Positions 8,841-18,111 of a stretch of DNA of 64,000 nt are shown in pieces. Position 1 is the stretch's first letter. The number at the start of each line of letters is the position of its first letter. The position numbers and the translations under genes are program-made. The stretch lies in IMG/VR virus record IMGVR_UViG_3300011883_000001; one strand, given 5' to 3'. This DNA is from an uncultured virus (IMG/VR IMGVR_UViG_3300011883_000001). Lineage: Duplodnaviria; Heunggongvirae; Uroviricota; Caudoviricetes; Schitoviridae. The notes below the pieces were generated by a model. The model saw nothing but the letters and a program-made list of their open reading frames with translations. It did no database searches and was not told the DNA's origin.

Positions 8841-9400
8841 TATCTGATATTTAGGTCAATACATCTTTCAGAGGGGATACTGATTAATGCTGATTTATCT
8901 AATACAGCTTTCCCATTTACATAATCAATAGCATATACAGAAACAGTAGTTGTATTCGCTACTGTGTCAAAGACAAGCTCACAACCACAAAGTAAATTAC
9001 CTAAGTCATCTCTCGGATAGATTACTTTGAATCCCTCTAAAGCATAACGACTAGCACCTGTAATGACGTACTTACCGTCAACCTTAGTCATATGGTTTAC
9101 ACTGGAAGCTAGTACAGGAAGTACACGATCATCATATAAACGTATGACGTTTCCTCCTTGAGCTAACTGCCCATTAGTATCTGTAAATAACCCAAGATTA
9201 TGCCTGGCTAATCCAGCTGATGTAGCTCCTGTTCCTCCTTTAGAAACTGGTAGAGAGTTAGGTAGTGTGGTTGTAGATGCATTCCCTGATAGGAACAGAT
9301 AAATCTCTTCTGCCATGTCTTCTGTTGCCATAGCAAAAGTACGTGCATCCATACCTCGTTTATCACCAGGAGCTAAACCCCAAACAAATTTCTGTCTCAT
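8840..9400 (-). CDS. Short tail-fibre-like protein
   Basis: LPVSKGGTGATSAGLARHNLGL fibre motif and PRDDLGN motif. Confidence 0.65.
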   Translation of the reverse strand: MRQKFVWGLAPGDKRGMDARTFAMATEDMAEEIYLFLSGNASTTTLPNSLPVSKGGTGATSAGLARHNLGLFTDTNGQLAQGGNVIRLYDDRVLPVLASSVNHMTKVDGKYVITGASRYALEGFKVIYPRDDLGNLLCGCELVFDTVANTTTVSVYAIDYVNGKAVLDKSALISIPSERCIDLNIR

Positions 9401-9672
9401 TTAGATAATCCCTCGTTATAGACAGCTATTGCCTTAAGTGTAGCATCGTGACGATTGATGCAATCAAGATGAGAGTATGTATTAGACACAAGAAGTTTAT
9501 AGACAGCTTCTCCAGTAACATCATTTAATAGTTGAGGTGCTAAGCATGGTTGGGCTAGATTCGCTGGAAGCATCAGTGAAATCTGTGATGATTTGGTTGT
9601 AGTGCTGCAACCCATCAGAGCTAAAACATACAGTGCTGAACACAGGCTCACTAACGATCTTTTCAATAACAT
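9397..9672 (-). CDS. o-spanin (Rz1-like lipoprotein)
   Basis: Signal peptide with lipobox LMGC; PANLAQPC and CxxRH; overlaps the i-spanin 3' end. Confidence 0.85.
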   Translation of the reverse strand: MLLKRSLVSLCSALYVLALMGCSTTTKSSQISLMLPANLAQPCLAPQLLNDVTGEAVYKLLVSNTYSHLDCINRHDATLKAIAVYNEGLSK

Positions 9673-9919
9673 GCGTATTCTCCTGTTTGTGTATTTCAAT
9701 TTTGGTTCGGTCTTGTTCGTAGAGCTTAGCTACTTCGTTTAAGTCTTTGGTGATGTCTACTACTACCTTGAATTCTTTGTCTTTGTCTTTGACAAGCTCT
9801 GCTTGTAAACCAAGAATGATTTCCCCTCGGTAGACTGTCAACACTGCAAAAGCAATAGTAGTAAGTAAAAACAATGGAGCTAAAAACTGAGCAAGAGATT
9901 TATATATCTTTAAGTACAT
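9521..9919 (-). CDS. i-spanin (Rz-like)
   Basis: N-terminal TM, coiled coil, C-terminal Cys; GAGG RBS before ATG 9919; follows the endolysin. Confidence 0.8.
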   Translation of the reverse strand: MYLKIYKSLAQFLAPLFLLTTIAFAVLTVYRGEIILGLQAELVKDKDKEFKVVVDITKDLNEVAKLYEQDRTKIEIHKQENTHVIEKIVSEPVFSTVCFSSDGLQHYNQIITDFTDASSESSPTMLSTSTIK

Positions 9920-9926
9920 AGATACC

Positions 9927-10463
9927 TCATGCTTCATTAGTAGAGATACGACCTGCAGGTAAGACAGGTAATTGATAACGATGATCGTGAGGAACTGATC
10001 CAGAACTTACCCAACGATAGGAAGTAACTCTCTTCGGATCAAAGTCAGCAATATTTACTTGATCTGATTGATTACCTCCAAGCACTTTTAAGTTACCTGT
10101 TTTGGTTTGACCAACTACAATACCTACATGACCTCCTCCATCACGAGTGAAAGTAACAACACATCCATAGGCAGGCTTACTTAATTTAGTACCTACATTC
10201 TCCCACTCTTTAGCTCTATAGAACTCTTTAGGGATCTTAAAACCTAAACCAGCTTCAGCAAAGACTCCTCCCATAAATGAACCACACCAGGGAGTCTCAT
10301 CATCATTAATCCAGGACTTTTTACCTATAGCTTGGAATGCTCTTGCTGTTAACGTCAGAATAGTAGAGTTGTGTTTAGAGCCTTTGACTTCTTTTAAGCC
10401 AATATACTTACGTGCAACTGCTACATGAGGTAACTCAGGACTTGATCCCATAAATCTCACCAT
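9927..10463 (-). CDS. Endolysin, TIGR02594/NlpC-P60 (CHAP-like); alternative start 10451
   Basis: DETPWCG catalytic Cys, GGGHVG, VLGGNQSD. Confidence 0.92.
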   Translation of the reverse strand: MVRFMGSSPELPHVAVARKYIGLKEVKGSKHNSTILTLTARAFQAIGKKSWINDDETPWCGSFMGGVFAEAGLGFKIPKEFYRAKEWENVGTKLSKPAYGCVVTFTRDGGGHVGIVVGQTKTGNLKVLGGNQSDQVNIADFDPKRVTSYRWVSSGSVPHDHRYQLPVLPAGRISTNEA

Positions 10464-10525
10464 ATCAATAATGTAACTATTTCGTGGTTCATTATCAGAG
10501 ATTTAATGAGAAAAGCAAATTAAAT

Positions 10526-10547
10526 AAAAAATCCTCCGAAGAGGATT
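10526..10547 (-). terminator. Intrinsic terminator
   Basis: Minus strand AATCCTC-TTCG-GAGGATT-TTTT. Confidence 0.8.
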
Positions 10548-10550
10548 AGT

Positions 10551-11108
10551 TTAGAGGACTACTGCATTAACATCGTCAACTGTAGTTGCATTGAATATAG
10601 CCTCTCTTGCTATCTTACCTCGTGCGTGTACAGATGTCACATGCTGAGCTAGAGCAACAACCAATGCTTGTATATCTTCTGGTTCAAGCCAGATAGTAGA
10701 ATTGTCAGCTAATGTCCACTCAACGGGAACACCTAATGAAGCAGCTGTAGAGATTCTGCCTTGAGCAATCTGATCAGAATCGTATACATTACCTTGAAAA
10801 ATAAAACCACCAAATTCTAGGGAATCGCGTTCTTTTTTAATAGCTACCCACTTGGCTTCTTTAACATCTTCAAGACTTCTTAAATCTTCCCACTCTTTAG
10901 TTTTAAAATTAAAACTCATGTAAGGTTCAGAAGCTGTACCATAGTATACAAATTTATTTTCTATGAAATCCCAGTAGTTGTTGTTTAAGTTATATTCTTC
11001 AGTGTCTATATAGATATCACCGTCTAAAGTATTATTATCAATTACCTCGTTATTACCTGAGATGACTTTTACAATTTGACCTTCAGCGGTTAAGAATACT
11101 CTATTCAT
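10551..11108 (-). CDS. Tail-fibre assembly/chaperone-like protein (DUF4376-like)
   Basis: KWVAIKKERD..EFGG..YDSD..WTLADN; ATG 11108 overlaps the upstream TGA. Confidence 0.8.
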   Translation of the reverse strand: MNRVFLTAEGQIVKVISGNNEVIDNNTLDGDIYIDTEEYNLNNNYWDFIENKFVYYGTASEPYMSFNFKTKEWEDLRSLEDVKEAKWVAIKKERDSLEFGGFIFQGNVYDSDQIAQGRISTAASLGVPVEWTLADNSTIWLEPEDIQALVVALAQHVTSVHARGKIAREAIFNATTVDDVNAVVL

Positions 11109-13030
11109 CTCATTGCTCCCATAGCCCATAAAGTACGATTCTTCATTTGCATACCAACATCTCCGTACCAAGATAAAGTGACTGTATGTGTTCCAGGTCC
11201 TACAGCTAAAGCTCCTGTTAAGGAGACAGAGTCAATAGAGTCATCCCCATAAGATTCAAATACAACAGTATTGTTAATCAGGAGTTTAAATTCCCAATGA
11301 CGTAATCCACCTGGAAAGTGTTGTTTGATGCTTGCAGATGCTAACAGTAAACCTCCAGCTCCCATATTTACGTTAATAGATCCTATGTTTACCCAAGCAG
11401 ATGATGAACCGATTTCATTATACCAAGACCCTACAACAGGCACAGTGACTGCGTTATTTCCAATTTTAAAAGTAGTCACTGCAAGATTATCAATTTTACC
11501 ACTAGTTACTGCCAGGTTATCTATCTTAGCAGTTGTGATCTGTGCGTCTCCTATCTTAGCTGTGGAGATAGCAGCATCTTTAATTTTTGCTGTAGTTACT
11601 GCTAAATTTTCAATCTTAGCTTCAGTGATAGCTGCATCTTTAATTTTAGCTGTATCAATAGCTGCATCAGCAATCTTAGCTGTTCCTATAGATGCATTAG
11701 CAATAAAACCAACATCTATCCATGTTCCTGCAGGGTAGTCAACACCTCCTTCTGAACCAGGAGTGTTACGTACTACAAACATCTTCTTACCTGTACCAGA
11801 AGGTGAACCCACATAAAAATAATCTGCATTCACACCAAACGCAGAAGTTACTTGACCATCTACAAGCTCAGAAATTAAACCATAACCTGCAATTACACCA
11901 TTGTTGTTTACAGAGATAACGTTGACAGCCTTAACACCATCTACTACTTGGTTTGTTAAAGACAAGTTTGTATTGGTTGTGGATATCTCTGTATTAATCG
12001 CAGCTAAAGCACTATTGTTATCTACCTTAGTTACATACGTACTTAAGATAGAAGCCATGGTGTCATCTGTACCAGATGCGATAGCTTCAAGTTTAGAAGC
12101 CAAAGAACCATAGCCATCTGTAGCTGTTGTCAGCTCTTGGTTAATGATAGAGAAGTTATCTTCAGTTGTAGATTTTAGTGCCAGAATCTTCTGGTTTAAT
12201 TCAGCGTCTGCTTCAGTACGTGCAATAACTTCTTCAGTAAGCCCATCCTCTGCTTGAAGCAAGCCAGCAATACGGCTAGTCGTTTCTACGGCTAAAGCAT
12301 TTACTTGCTGATCTAGTAAAGTATTAAAGTTAAATGTAATACGATCCTCAGCTTCACCAAGTAATCTTTGAGATTCTAAATAGTCCTGATATTGCTTGAG
12401 CTTTAATGCATTATGATCTGCAGCTAAATCAGATACAAATGTTCCGTTAGATTGGATTGCTGACTCTAGATTTTTAATAATAGGTGCTTCACCTATTTCC
12501 TGGATTACAGCTGAAACATAATCACTGGCTTTAGGTAGCTGATTTAAGATTTCTTCTTTTACCATTAAATATTCAGCTGATACTTTTGCTTCTAAAGCCA
12601 AGATTAATTTACGAAGTTCATTATCCCATTCAGCTGCTCTAGATAATATGGAATACCCAGTAAACTCAGCTTGAGTATTATCCATTGTGAACATACCATC
12701 ATCCATAGTGATATCTTGCATCATGGTTTCGTATAATTGAATACGTTCTCTTAATGCATCATAGCGTTCATCGAGGATAGTTTTATGTTCTTCAATTAAA
12801 TGTCTTAGACTGTAAATCGTATGATCAAATGCAGCTAAGTGACTATACCAACTATATTTAGTATTAATCCCATATCTATCTTTAATAATCTGTTCGAGTA
12901 ATAATTCAGTTTCAGATTTTACATATCCCTCTGGGATTTCAGCATTAAGTAATAATCCAATAGGATAAGGACTTTCCAAGGTGTTATCTGGAACCTGTAC
13001 TTCATCATTAGTTGTATTGGCTTCAGTCAT
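11105..13030 (-). CDS. Tail tip/host-specificity protein with a lambda J-like C-terminal region
   Basis: Coiled coil followed by NGVIAGYGL..SAFGVNADYF and A-x-I-x-T-A-K-I repeats. Confidence 0.75.
   Translation of the reverse strand: MTEANTTNDEVQVPDNTLESPYPIGLLLNAEIPEGYVKSETELLLEQIIKDRYGINTKYSWYSHLAAFDHTIYSLRHLIEEHKTILDERYDALRERIQLYETMMQDITMDDGMFTMDNTQAEFTGYSILSRAAEWDNELRKLILALEAKVSAEYLMVKEEILNQLPKASDYVSAVIQEIGEAPIIKNLESAIQSNGTFVSDLAADHNALKLKQYQDYLESQRLLGEAEDRITFNFNTLLDQQVNALAVETTSRIAGLLQAEDGLTEEVIARTEADAELNQKILALKSTTEDNFSIINQELTTATDGYGSLASKLEAIASGTDDTMASILSTYVTKVDNNSALAAINTEISTTNTNLSLTNQVVDGVKAVNVISVNNNGVIAGYGLISELVDGQVTSAFGVNADYFYVGSPSGTGKKMFVVRNTPGSEGGVDYPAGTWIDVGFIANASIGTAKIADAAIDTAKIKDAAITEAKIENLAVTTAKIKDAAISTAKIGDAQITTAKIDNLAVTSGKIDNLAVTTFKIGNNAVTVPVVGSWYNEIGSSSAWVNIGSINVNMGAGGLLLASASIKQHFPGGLRHWEFKLLINNTVVFESYGDDSIDSVSLTGALAVGPGTHTVTLSWYGDVGMQMKNRTLWAMGAMR
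11446..11696 (-). repeat. About 8 tandem 30-nt (10-aa) repeats, AAITTAKIxD type
   Basis: ASIGTAKIAD AAIDTAKIKD AAITEAKIEN LAVTTAKIKD AAISTAKIGD AQITTAKIDN LAVTSGKIDN LAVTTFKIGN. Confidence 0.9.
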
Positions 13031-13125
13031 TTGAAAATTCCTATGTTTTATGTCTTTACGGATTATATGTTAATTGGGCACAATGTGCCCTCATTTGGTG
13101 TCTAACCTCTAATAGGAAAATTAAT

Positions 13126-13881
13126 ATGTCACAACCCTCTGTGATCTTAGTTAATCACGCTGGTACGGATAAGCTCGTTGCAGAAGTCGCACGAGTAAGT
13201 TTTGCTAACAGTAACTTTGATCCATCTATTGAAGCCAACACTTCTGATAAAGGTTTAATCCATTACTTAGCACGTGGTTTACGTACTAAAGAATTTGATG
13301 CTTTATTAGGAAAAATTGAACAAGCCAATACACGAGAAGAAGCATTTGCTTTATACGATACGATTCGTCATATCTCTACTCATTTCACTCCATTCACACA
13401 TACCAGTGTAACGATACAATGTTCAGCTCCAGTACCTATTCGTACTCAGTTGTTTAAACATACGATTGGTTTAACTGCTAATGAAGAATCTCGTAGATAT
13501 ATTGTAGATACTCCAGAGTTATTTATTCCTGATGTATTCCGTGCAAAAGCAGAAGACGTAAAGCAAGGTTCTGCAGGTGAACATCGTAATTCACCTCTAT
13601 GGCAAGCTGAATATATTACGCACTGTCAGCGTGGTATTAAGCTTTATGAAGATATGATTGCTGATGGTATTTGTCCTGAGCAAGCACGTTTTGTTTTACC
13701 TCAAGGTGTCAAAGTGAATTGGGTATGGACAGGTAATATGTTTGCCTTTGCCAATGTATTTAATAAACGTGTTGACTCTCATGCTCAAAAAGAAGTACAA
13801 GATTTTGCGCTAGATCTACAAAAAGTAATCGAACCATTATTTCCTATTTCCTGGTCAGCATTAACACGTAAAACATACTAA
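13126..13881 (+). CDS. thyX: Flavin-dependent thymidylate synthase
   Basis: ARVS, HFTPF, QLFKH..NEESRRY, PEQARFVLP, HAQKE; AGGA RBS before ATG 13126. Confidence 0.93.
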   Translation: MSQPSVILVNHAGTDKLVAEVARVSFANSNFDPSIEANTSDKGLIHYLARGLRTKEFDALLGKIEQANTREEAFALYDTIRHISTHFTPFTHTSVTIQCSAPVPIRTQLFKHTIGLTANEESRRYIVDTPELFIPDVFRAKAEDVKQGSAGEHRNSPLWQAEYITHCQRGIKLYEDMIADGICPEQARFVLPQGVKVNWVWTGNMFAFANVFNKRVDSHAQKEVQDFALDLQKVIEPLFPISWSALTRKTY

Positions 13882-13890
13882 GGTATATAA

Positions 13891-15864
13891 ATGATCCGTC
13901 CTCAATTAAACGAACCACTAGATAAACCAATACTATCTGAACATATTGATTATGATGCTGATGCTCATATGATTGAAGCAGGTCGTGTAACAGTATTAGA
14001 CCGTTATACATTGCCTCATGAAACATCACCTCAAGATGCTTATATGCGATGTGCTGCAGCATTCTCTTCAGATGAAAACCATGCAGTACGTATGTATGGT
14101 TATATGAAGCAACATTGGTTTGGACCAGCTTCACCAGTCTTAGCTAATGCTCCTGTACGTATCAAATTCTTTGAAGACTTTGCACGTAACTTCTCACATG
14201 AAGCATATACGTCTGTATACGGTCCATTACCTATTTCTTGTTATACAGGGTATGTACCTGACTCACGTGTAGGTATTGCTGAGCATTATCAGGAGATGCT
14301 ATGGATTGCATCTAACGGAGGAGGTTATGCATCTGACTGGTCACCTCTACGTCCAGGTAACTCTACAACCTCTACAGGAGGAGTTTCTGGAGGACTAGTA
14401 CCATTCTTTCATGTTACTGATTCTCTTGTCACAGCAGCTCACCAAGGCTCAAATAGACGTGCTGTATACGGTGGTAATATCCGTTGTGATCATCCAGAAG
14501 TAATTGAGTTTATTGAATCTCGTAAGATGTCTGGTGATCCAAACAAACGTTCACGTAACGTATTCCAAGCCATCAAGGTATCAGACAAGTTCATGTATGC
14601 AGTACTGCGTAATGAAGCTTGGGATCTTGTAGACCATAAAGGTGTAGTGGTTGAAACCATTCAAGCACGTGACCTATGGGAAGCTTGCATGGAATTACCA
14701 TTTGAAACTGGTTGTCCATTCCTGGTCTTTGAAGATACCTGTAAGCGTATGCTTCCTGAAGAACAGAAAGAACTTGGTTTAGATTTCAACAACGTTAATA
14801 TCTGTACTGAAATCACACTGGCTAACAATGAAGAACGTACAGCAGTTTGCTGCTTATCTTCATATAACATGCTGAAGTATGATGAATGGAAAGATAACGA
14901 ACAGTTCATCTATGACTGTGTTGAATTCCTAGATAACGTTCTTGAATATTTCATCCAGAATGCTCTGTATTCATGTACCAAGGACTTTGCCTGGGATGAA
15001 CTACGTGAAGTGCTATCAGCTTATGTAGAAGCAGATAAGCTTGAAGAAGCCATGAAAGATATCGTAGAGAAACGTTTCATGGGTTTACGTAAAGCAGTCT
15101 TCTCAGCTAAATCAGAACGAGCTATTGGCTTAGGTTCTATGGGTTGGGATTCCTACTTTAAAACCAAGATGATTCCTTATGAATCTACAGCAGCTTTGGA
15201 CATTACCCATACTGTTACTAGCTGGGTTAAAGAAGTAGCTGTCAAAGCTTCTATCCATTTAGGTGCTACACGAGGTGCAGCTCCTGATATGTTCCGTAGT
15301 AAACGCAGAAACTCACACTTATTGGCTGATGCTCCTACAGCAACAAACAGCTTAATTTGTGGAGGTGTAACTCCATCTCGTGAACCACGATTCCAGAATA
15401 TCTACCCTCAACAATGTACTTCTGCTACTTTTCAAATGGTTGAACCAGAACTGGCTAAACTATTAGATAAGTATGGTCAGAATACTTATGAGGTACGTAA
15501 GTCTATTGAAGATGCTGAAGGCTCAGTGCAGCACTTGGATTTCCTAAGCACACTTGAGAAGAAAGTATTCCGTACAGCTTATGAAGTAGATCAACTTTGG
15601 ATTGTAGAACATGTAGCAGCAGCTCAGCAGTTTGTATGCCAGGCTATTTCTACAAACCTGTTCTTCCGTCCAGATGTTCCTCGTAAATATGTAAATGCTG
15701 TGCATTTCCAGATGTGGAAGAAAGGATGTAAATCTCGTTACTACGTACGCAGTAAAGCACTTAAAACATCTAACGCATTAGCCAAGAAAGTAGATAGTTC
15801 AATTATGACTGTAGACTATAACCGTTCTGACATCTTCCAAGTATGTCTATCTTGTGAGGGGTAA
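13891..15864 (+). CDS. nrdA: Ribonucleotide reductase class I alpha subunit, no apparent ATP cone
   Basis: PASPVLAN, ISCY, NICTEI, APTATNS, YYVR, C-terminal CLSC. Confidence 0.95.
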   Translation: MIRPQLNEPLDKPILSEHIDYDADAHMIEAGRVTVLDRYTLPHETSPQDAYMRCAAAFSSDENHAVRMYGYMKQHWFGPASPVLANAPVRIKFFEDFARNFSHEAYTSVYGPLPISCYTGYVPDSRVGIAEHYQEMLWIASNGGGYASDWSPLRPGNSTTSTGGVSGGLVPFFHVTDSLVTAAHQGSNRRAVYGGNIRCDHPEVIEFIESRKMSGDPNKRSRNVFQAIKVSDKFMYAVLRNEAWDLVDHKGVVVETIQARDLWEACMELPFETGCPFLVFEDTCKRMLPEEQKELGLDFNNVNICTEITLANNEERTAVCCLSSYNMLKYDEWKDNEQFIYDCVEFLDNVLEYFIQNALYSCTKDFAWDELREVLSAYVEADKLEEAMKDIVEKRFMGLRKAVFSAKSERAIGLGSMGWDSYFKTKMIPYESTAALDITHTVTSWVKEVAVKASIHLGATRGAAPDMFRSKRRNSHLLADAPTATNSLICGGVTPSREPRFQNIYPQQCTSATFQMVEPELAKLLDKYGQNTYEVRKSIEDAEGSVQHLDFLSTLEKKVFRTAYEVDQLWIVEHVAAAQQFVCQAISTNLFFRPDVPRKYVNAVHFQMWKKGCKSRYYVRSKALKTSNALAKKVDSSIMTVDYNRSDIFQVCLSCEG

Positions 15865-15870
15865 TCAGTA

Positions 15871-16914
15871 ATGTCTTTTAACCAACAACAGCATGACAGT
15901 TTAACCCTGACAGATAAACGAGCTTACTTCAAACCTTTTAAATATCCTGAATTGTTTGAACTAGCAGAAACACATCGTCAAATGAACTGGACCATTAATG
16001 AAGTACGTAAGATCAGTCATGATATTAATGACTGGAAGAAACTAGATCCTAAAACCAAGGCAATCTATAAATTCTTATTACTGTACTTCACTCAAGCAGA
16101 CGTAGACGTAGCAGGTTCTTATTTTGAGAACCTAGCTAAGTGGTATACCCAGCCTGAACAACGCTACTGGTTAGCACGTGTAATTGATCGTGAAGCAACC
16201 CATGTTCAATGCTATGACATGTTGCCTGAACAGTTTGGTATTGATAAGGAAGAATACTGTGACATGCTTGAGATTGACGAGATCTTTGAACAACGTCAGT
16301 TCATGACAGCAGTAGCTCCAGAAGGTAGCTTTGAAGAACGCATCTACACGTTAGTTAAACATATCTGCGGAGAAGGTATTGGTATCTACGGTATCTTCCT
16401 GATGCTTATTAATGCTCAACGCTTCGGTCAAATGATGTCATTAGGTCAAGAGGTTGTAGCTTGGTCTGCACGTGATGAAAACCAACATGTAGAAGGTTTA
16501 ACCTGGTTATTCAAGAAAGAGCTAGAAGAGAACGGCAACCAACTTACACCTGTAATGCTACGCAATATCAGACGTATGTTTGAGCTTGCTGTAGAACGAG
16601 GTATTGCACTAGCTACTCGTGCATACCAAGAAGGTGATCTACATGACCTATCTATTGAACAGATTGAAGTGTTCTTAAAGCAACTGGCGAACAGACGTTT
16701 CTCTGACCTTGGTTTAGGTGAGTCAGATCTCTTTGAAGTATCTGAAGAGATTCTTCCACAAGTAGGCTTGCTATTTGCTGGATCTTCTTTGGTGAACTTC
16801 TTTGAAGCATCAAATACCAACTACGCAGTTGGTACTCTTACTGGTGAATGGGAATACCCAGAACTAGATTTCAAAACCAACTATGATTTAGAGCAGGAGA
16901 TTCTCCGTGGCTAA
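15871..16914 (+). CDS. nrdB: Ribonucleotide reductase beta subunit
   Basis: QADVDV, EATHVQCY, EG, RDENQH diiron ligands, NFFE. Confidence 0.93.
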   Translation: MSFNQQQHDSLTLTDKRAYFKPFKYPELFELAETHRQMNWTINEVRKISHDINDWKKLDPKTKAIYKFLLLYFTQADVDVAGSYFENLAKWYTQPEQRYWLARVIDREATHVQCYDMLPEQFGIDKEEYCDMLEIDEIFEQRQFMTAVAPEGSFEERIYTLVKHICGEGIGIYGIFLMLINAQRFGQMMSLGQEVVAWSARDENQHVEGLTWLFKKELEENGNQLTPVMLRNIRRMFELAVERGIALATRAYQEGDLHDLSIEQIEVFLKQLANRRFSDLGLGESDLFEVSEEILPQVGLLFAGSSLVNFFEASNTNYAVGTLTGEWEYPELDFKTNYDLEQEILRG

Positions 16915-16940
16915 TGAAGAGTATTGGGGGTAACACTCAG

Positions 16941-16963
16941 GCAGAGCTTAGGCTCTGCTTTTT
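16941..16963 (+). terminator. Intrinsic terminator
   Basis: GCAGAGC-TTAG-GCTCTGC-TTTTT. Confidence 0.8.
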
Positions 16964-16980
16964 AATTAAGGAAATAAACT

Positions 16981-17127
16981 ATGCAATATGCATTTGAAAT
17001 TAAAACACTGGTAATGGTAGAAGCTGAATCAGAAGATGAGGCTTGGGACTTATTACCAGCAACAGCACGTGAAGCACTATGTGACTTCGATTATGAACGT
17101 AGTCCTGAAGACGATAAAGAAGAGTAA
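16981..17127 (+). CDS. Small acidic 48-aa protein, not in the ORF track
   Basis: AAGGAAATAAACT-ATG; MQYAFEIKTLVMVEAESEDEAWDLL...; fills the gap before the nuclease. Confidence 0.75.
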   Translation: MQYAFEIKTLVMVEAESEDEAWDLLPATAREALCDFDYERSPEDDKEE

Positions 17128-17130
17128 AGA

Positions 17131-18111
17131 ATGCCTCAGTATTCAAACCAAACAGAACTACCTATACCTATTGCTGTATGGCTTGCTCATGATACCTATG
17201 ACCGAGCTGAAGCAGGGTTATCAGCTACATCACTTCTTAAACCAATTAGACAGGTAATCCTTTCACAGAGAGTACCTGAAGGAGAAGGTATTGTTGATAT
17301 CAGTGGTTTAATCAAATCACGTATTGGTACAGCTATCCACGATGCCATAGAACGCTCCTGGATGCATGAGAACCTACCTCAGACATTGGCTAGTCTCAAT
17401 GTACCAGAGAAATTAATTAAGCGTGTACACGTGAATCCAGAGCAATTACCAGACGGTAAACCAAGCATTCCTATGTATCTGGAACTTAGATCTTCTAAAG
17501 AAGTTCTAGGTGTCAAAATCACAGGTAAGTTTGACTTCGTAGCTGATGGTCATCTTATGGATTTCAAAACTACAGGTACATATGCATATACATCAGGCAA
17601 TAAAGATGATGACTACATTATGCAGGGTAGTATCTATCGTTGGTTGAATCCTGAGATTGTCACGGATGAGTTTATGTCTATCTGTTTTATTTTCACAGAT
17701 TGGCAGAAGACTCGTTATCTGTCTGATCCTCGTAACTACCCAAAGTCACAAATCTTAGCTCGCCAGTTCAAGATGCATCCTGCATCTGTTGTGCAGGCAT
17801 ACGTTGAAGAACGTGTAAGACTTCTGAAGTTTTACGAAGATAAACCTGAAGCAGAACTACCTGAATGTACAGATAAAGAATTGTGGCGTAAACCAGACCA
17901 ATTCAAGTACTATAAGAACCCCCAAAAAATGACGAAAAGTACAGCTAATTTTGAGACTCTAGGTGAAGCTAATCAGCGTTATTTAGATGACGGAGCTGTA
18001 GGTGTAGTCAAGATAGTTAAAGGGGGAGTATCTGCTTGCTTGTACTGCTCTGCATATACTATGTGTACTCAAAAAGATAAATTAATTGAATCAGGTGAAT
18101 TAAAGGTATGA
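17131..18111 (+). CDS. PD-(D/E)xK Cas4-like exonuclease (N4 gp42-like)
   Basis: GTAIH, TGKFD, DFKT, QGSIY, C-terminal CLYC...C. Confidence 0.85.
   Translation: MPQYSNQTELPIPIAVWLAHDTYDRAEAGLSATSLLKPIRQVILSQRVPEGEGIVDISGLIKSRIGTAIHDAIERSWMHENLPQTLASLNVPEKLIKRVHVNPEQLPDGKPSIPMYLELRSSKEVLGVKITGKFDFVADGHLMDFKTTGTYAYTSGNKDDDYIMQGSIYRWLNPEIVTDEFMSICFIFTDWQKTRYLSDPRNYPKSQILARQFKMHPASVVQAYVEERVRLLKFYEDKPEAELPECTDKELWRKPDQFKYYKNPQKMTKSTANFETLGEANQRYLDDGAVGVVKIVKGGVSACLYCSAYTMCTQKDKLIESGELKV

Noticed and set aside
11446..11696. 30-nt periodic repeats as a CRISPR array or DGR template
   Set aside because: Degenerate coding repeats without spacers; no reverse transcriptase or cas gene
11325..12113. Antisense ORFs with repetitive translations
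   Set aside because: Shadows of the repetitive tail gene; no RBS
17036..17257. 73-aa ORF in the track
   Set aside because: Overlaps two better-supported genes (16981..17127 and 17131..18111)
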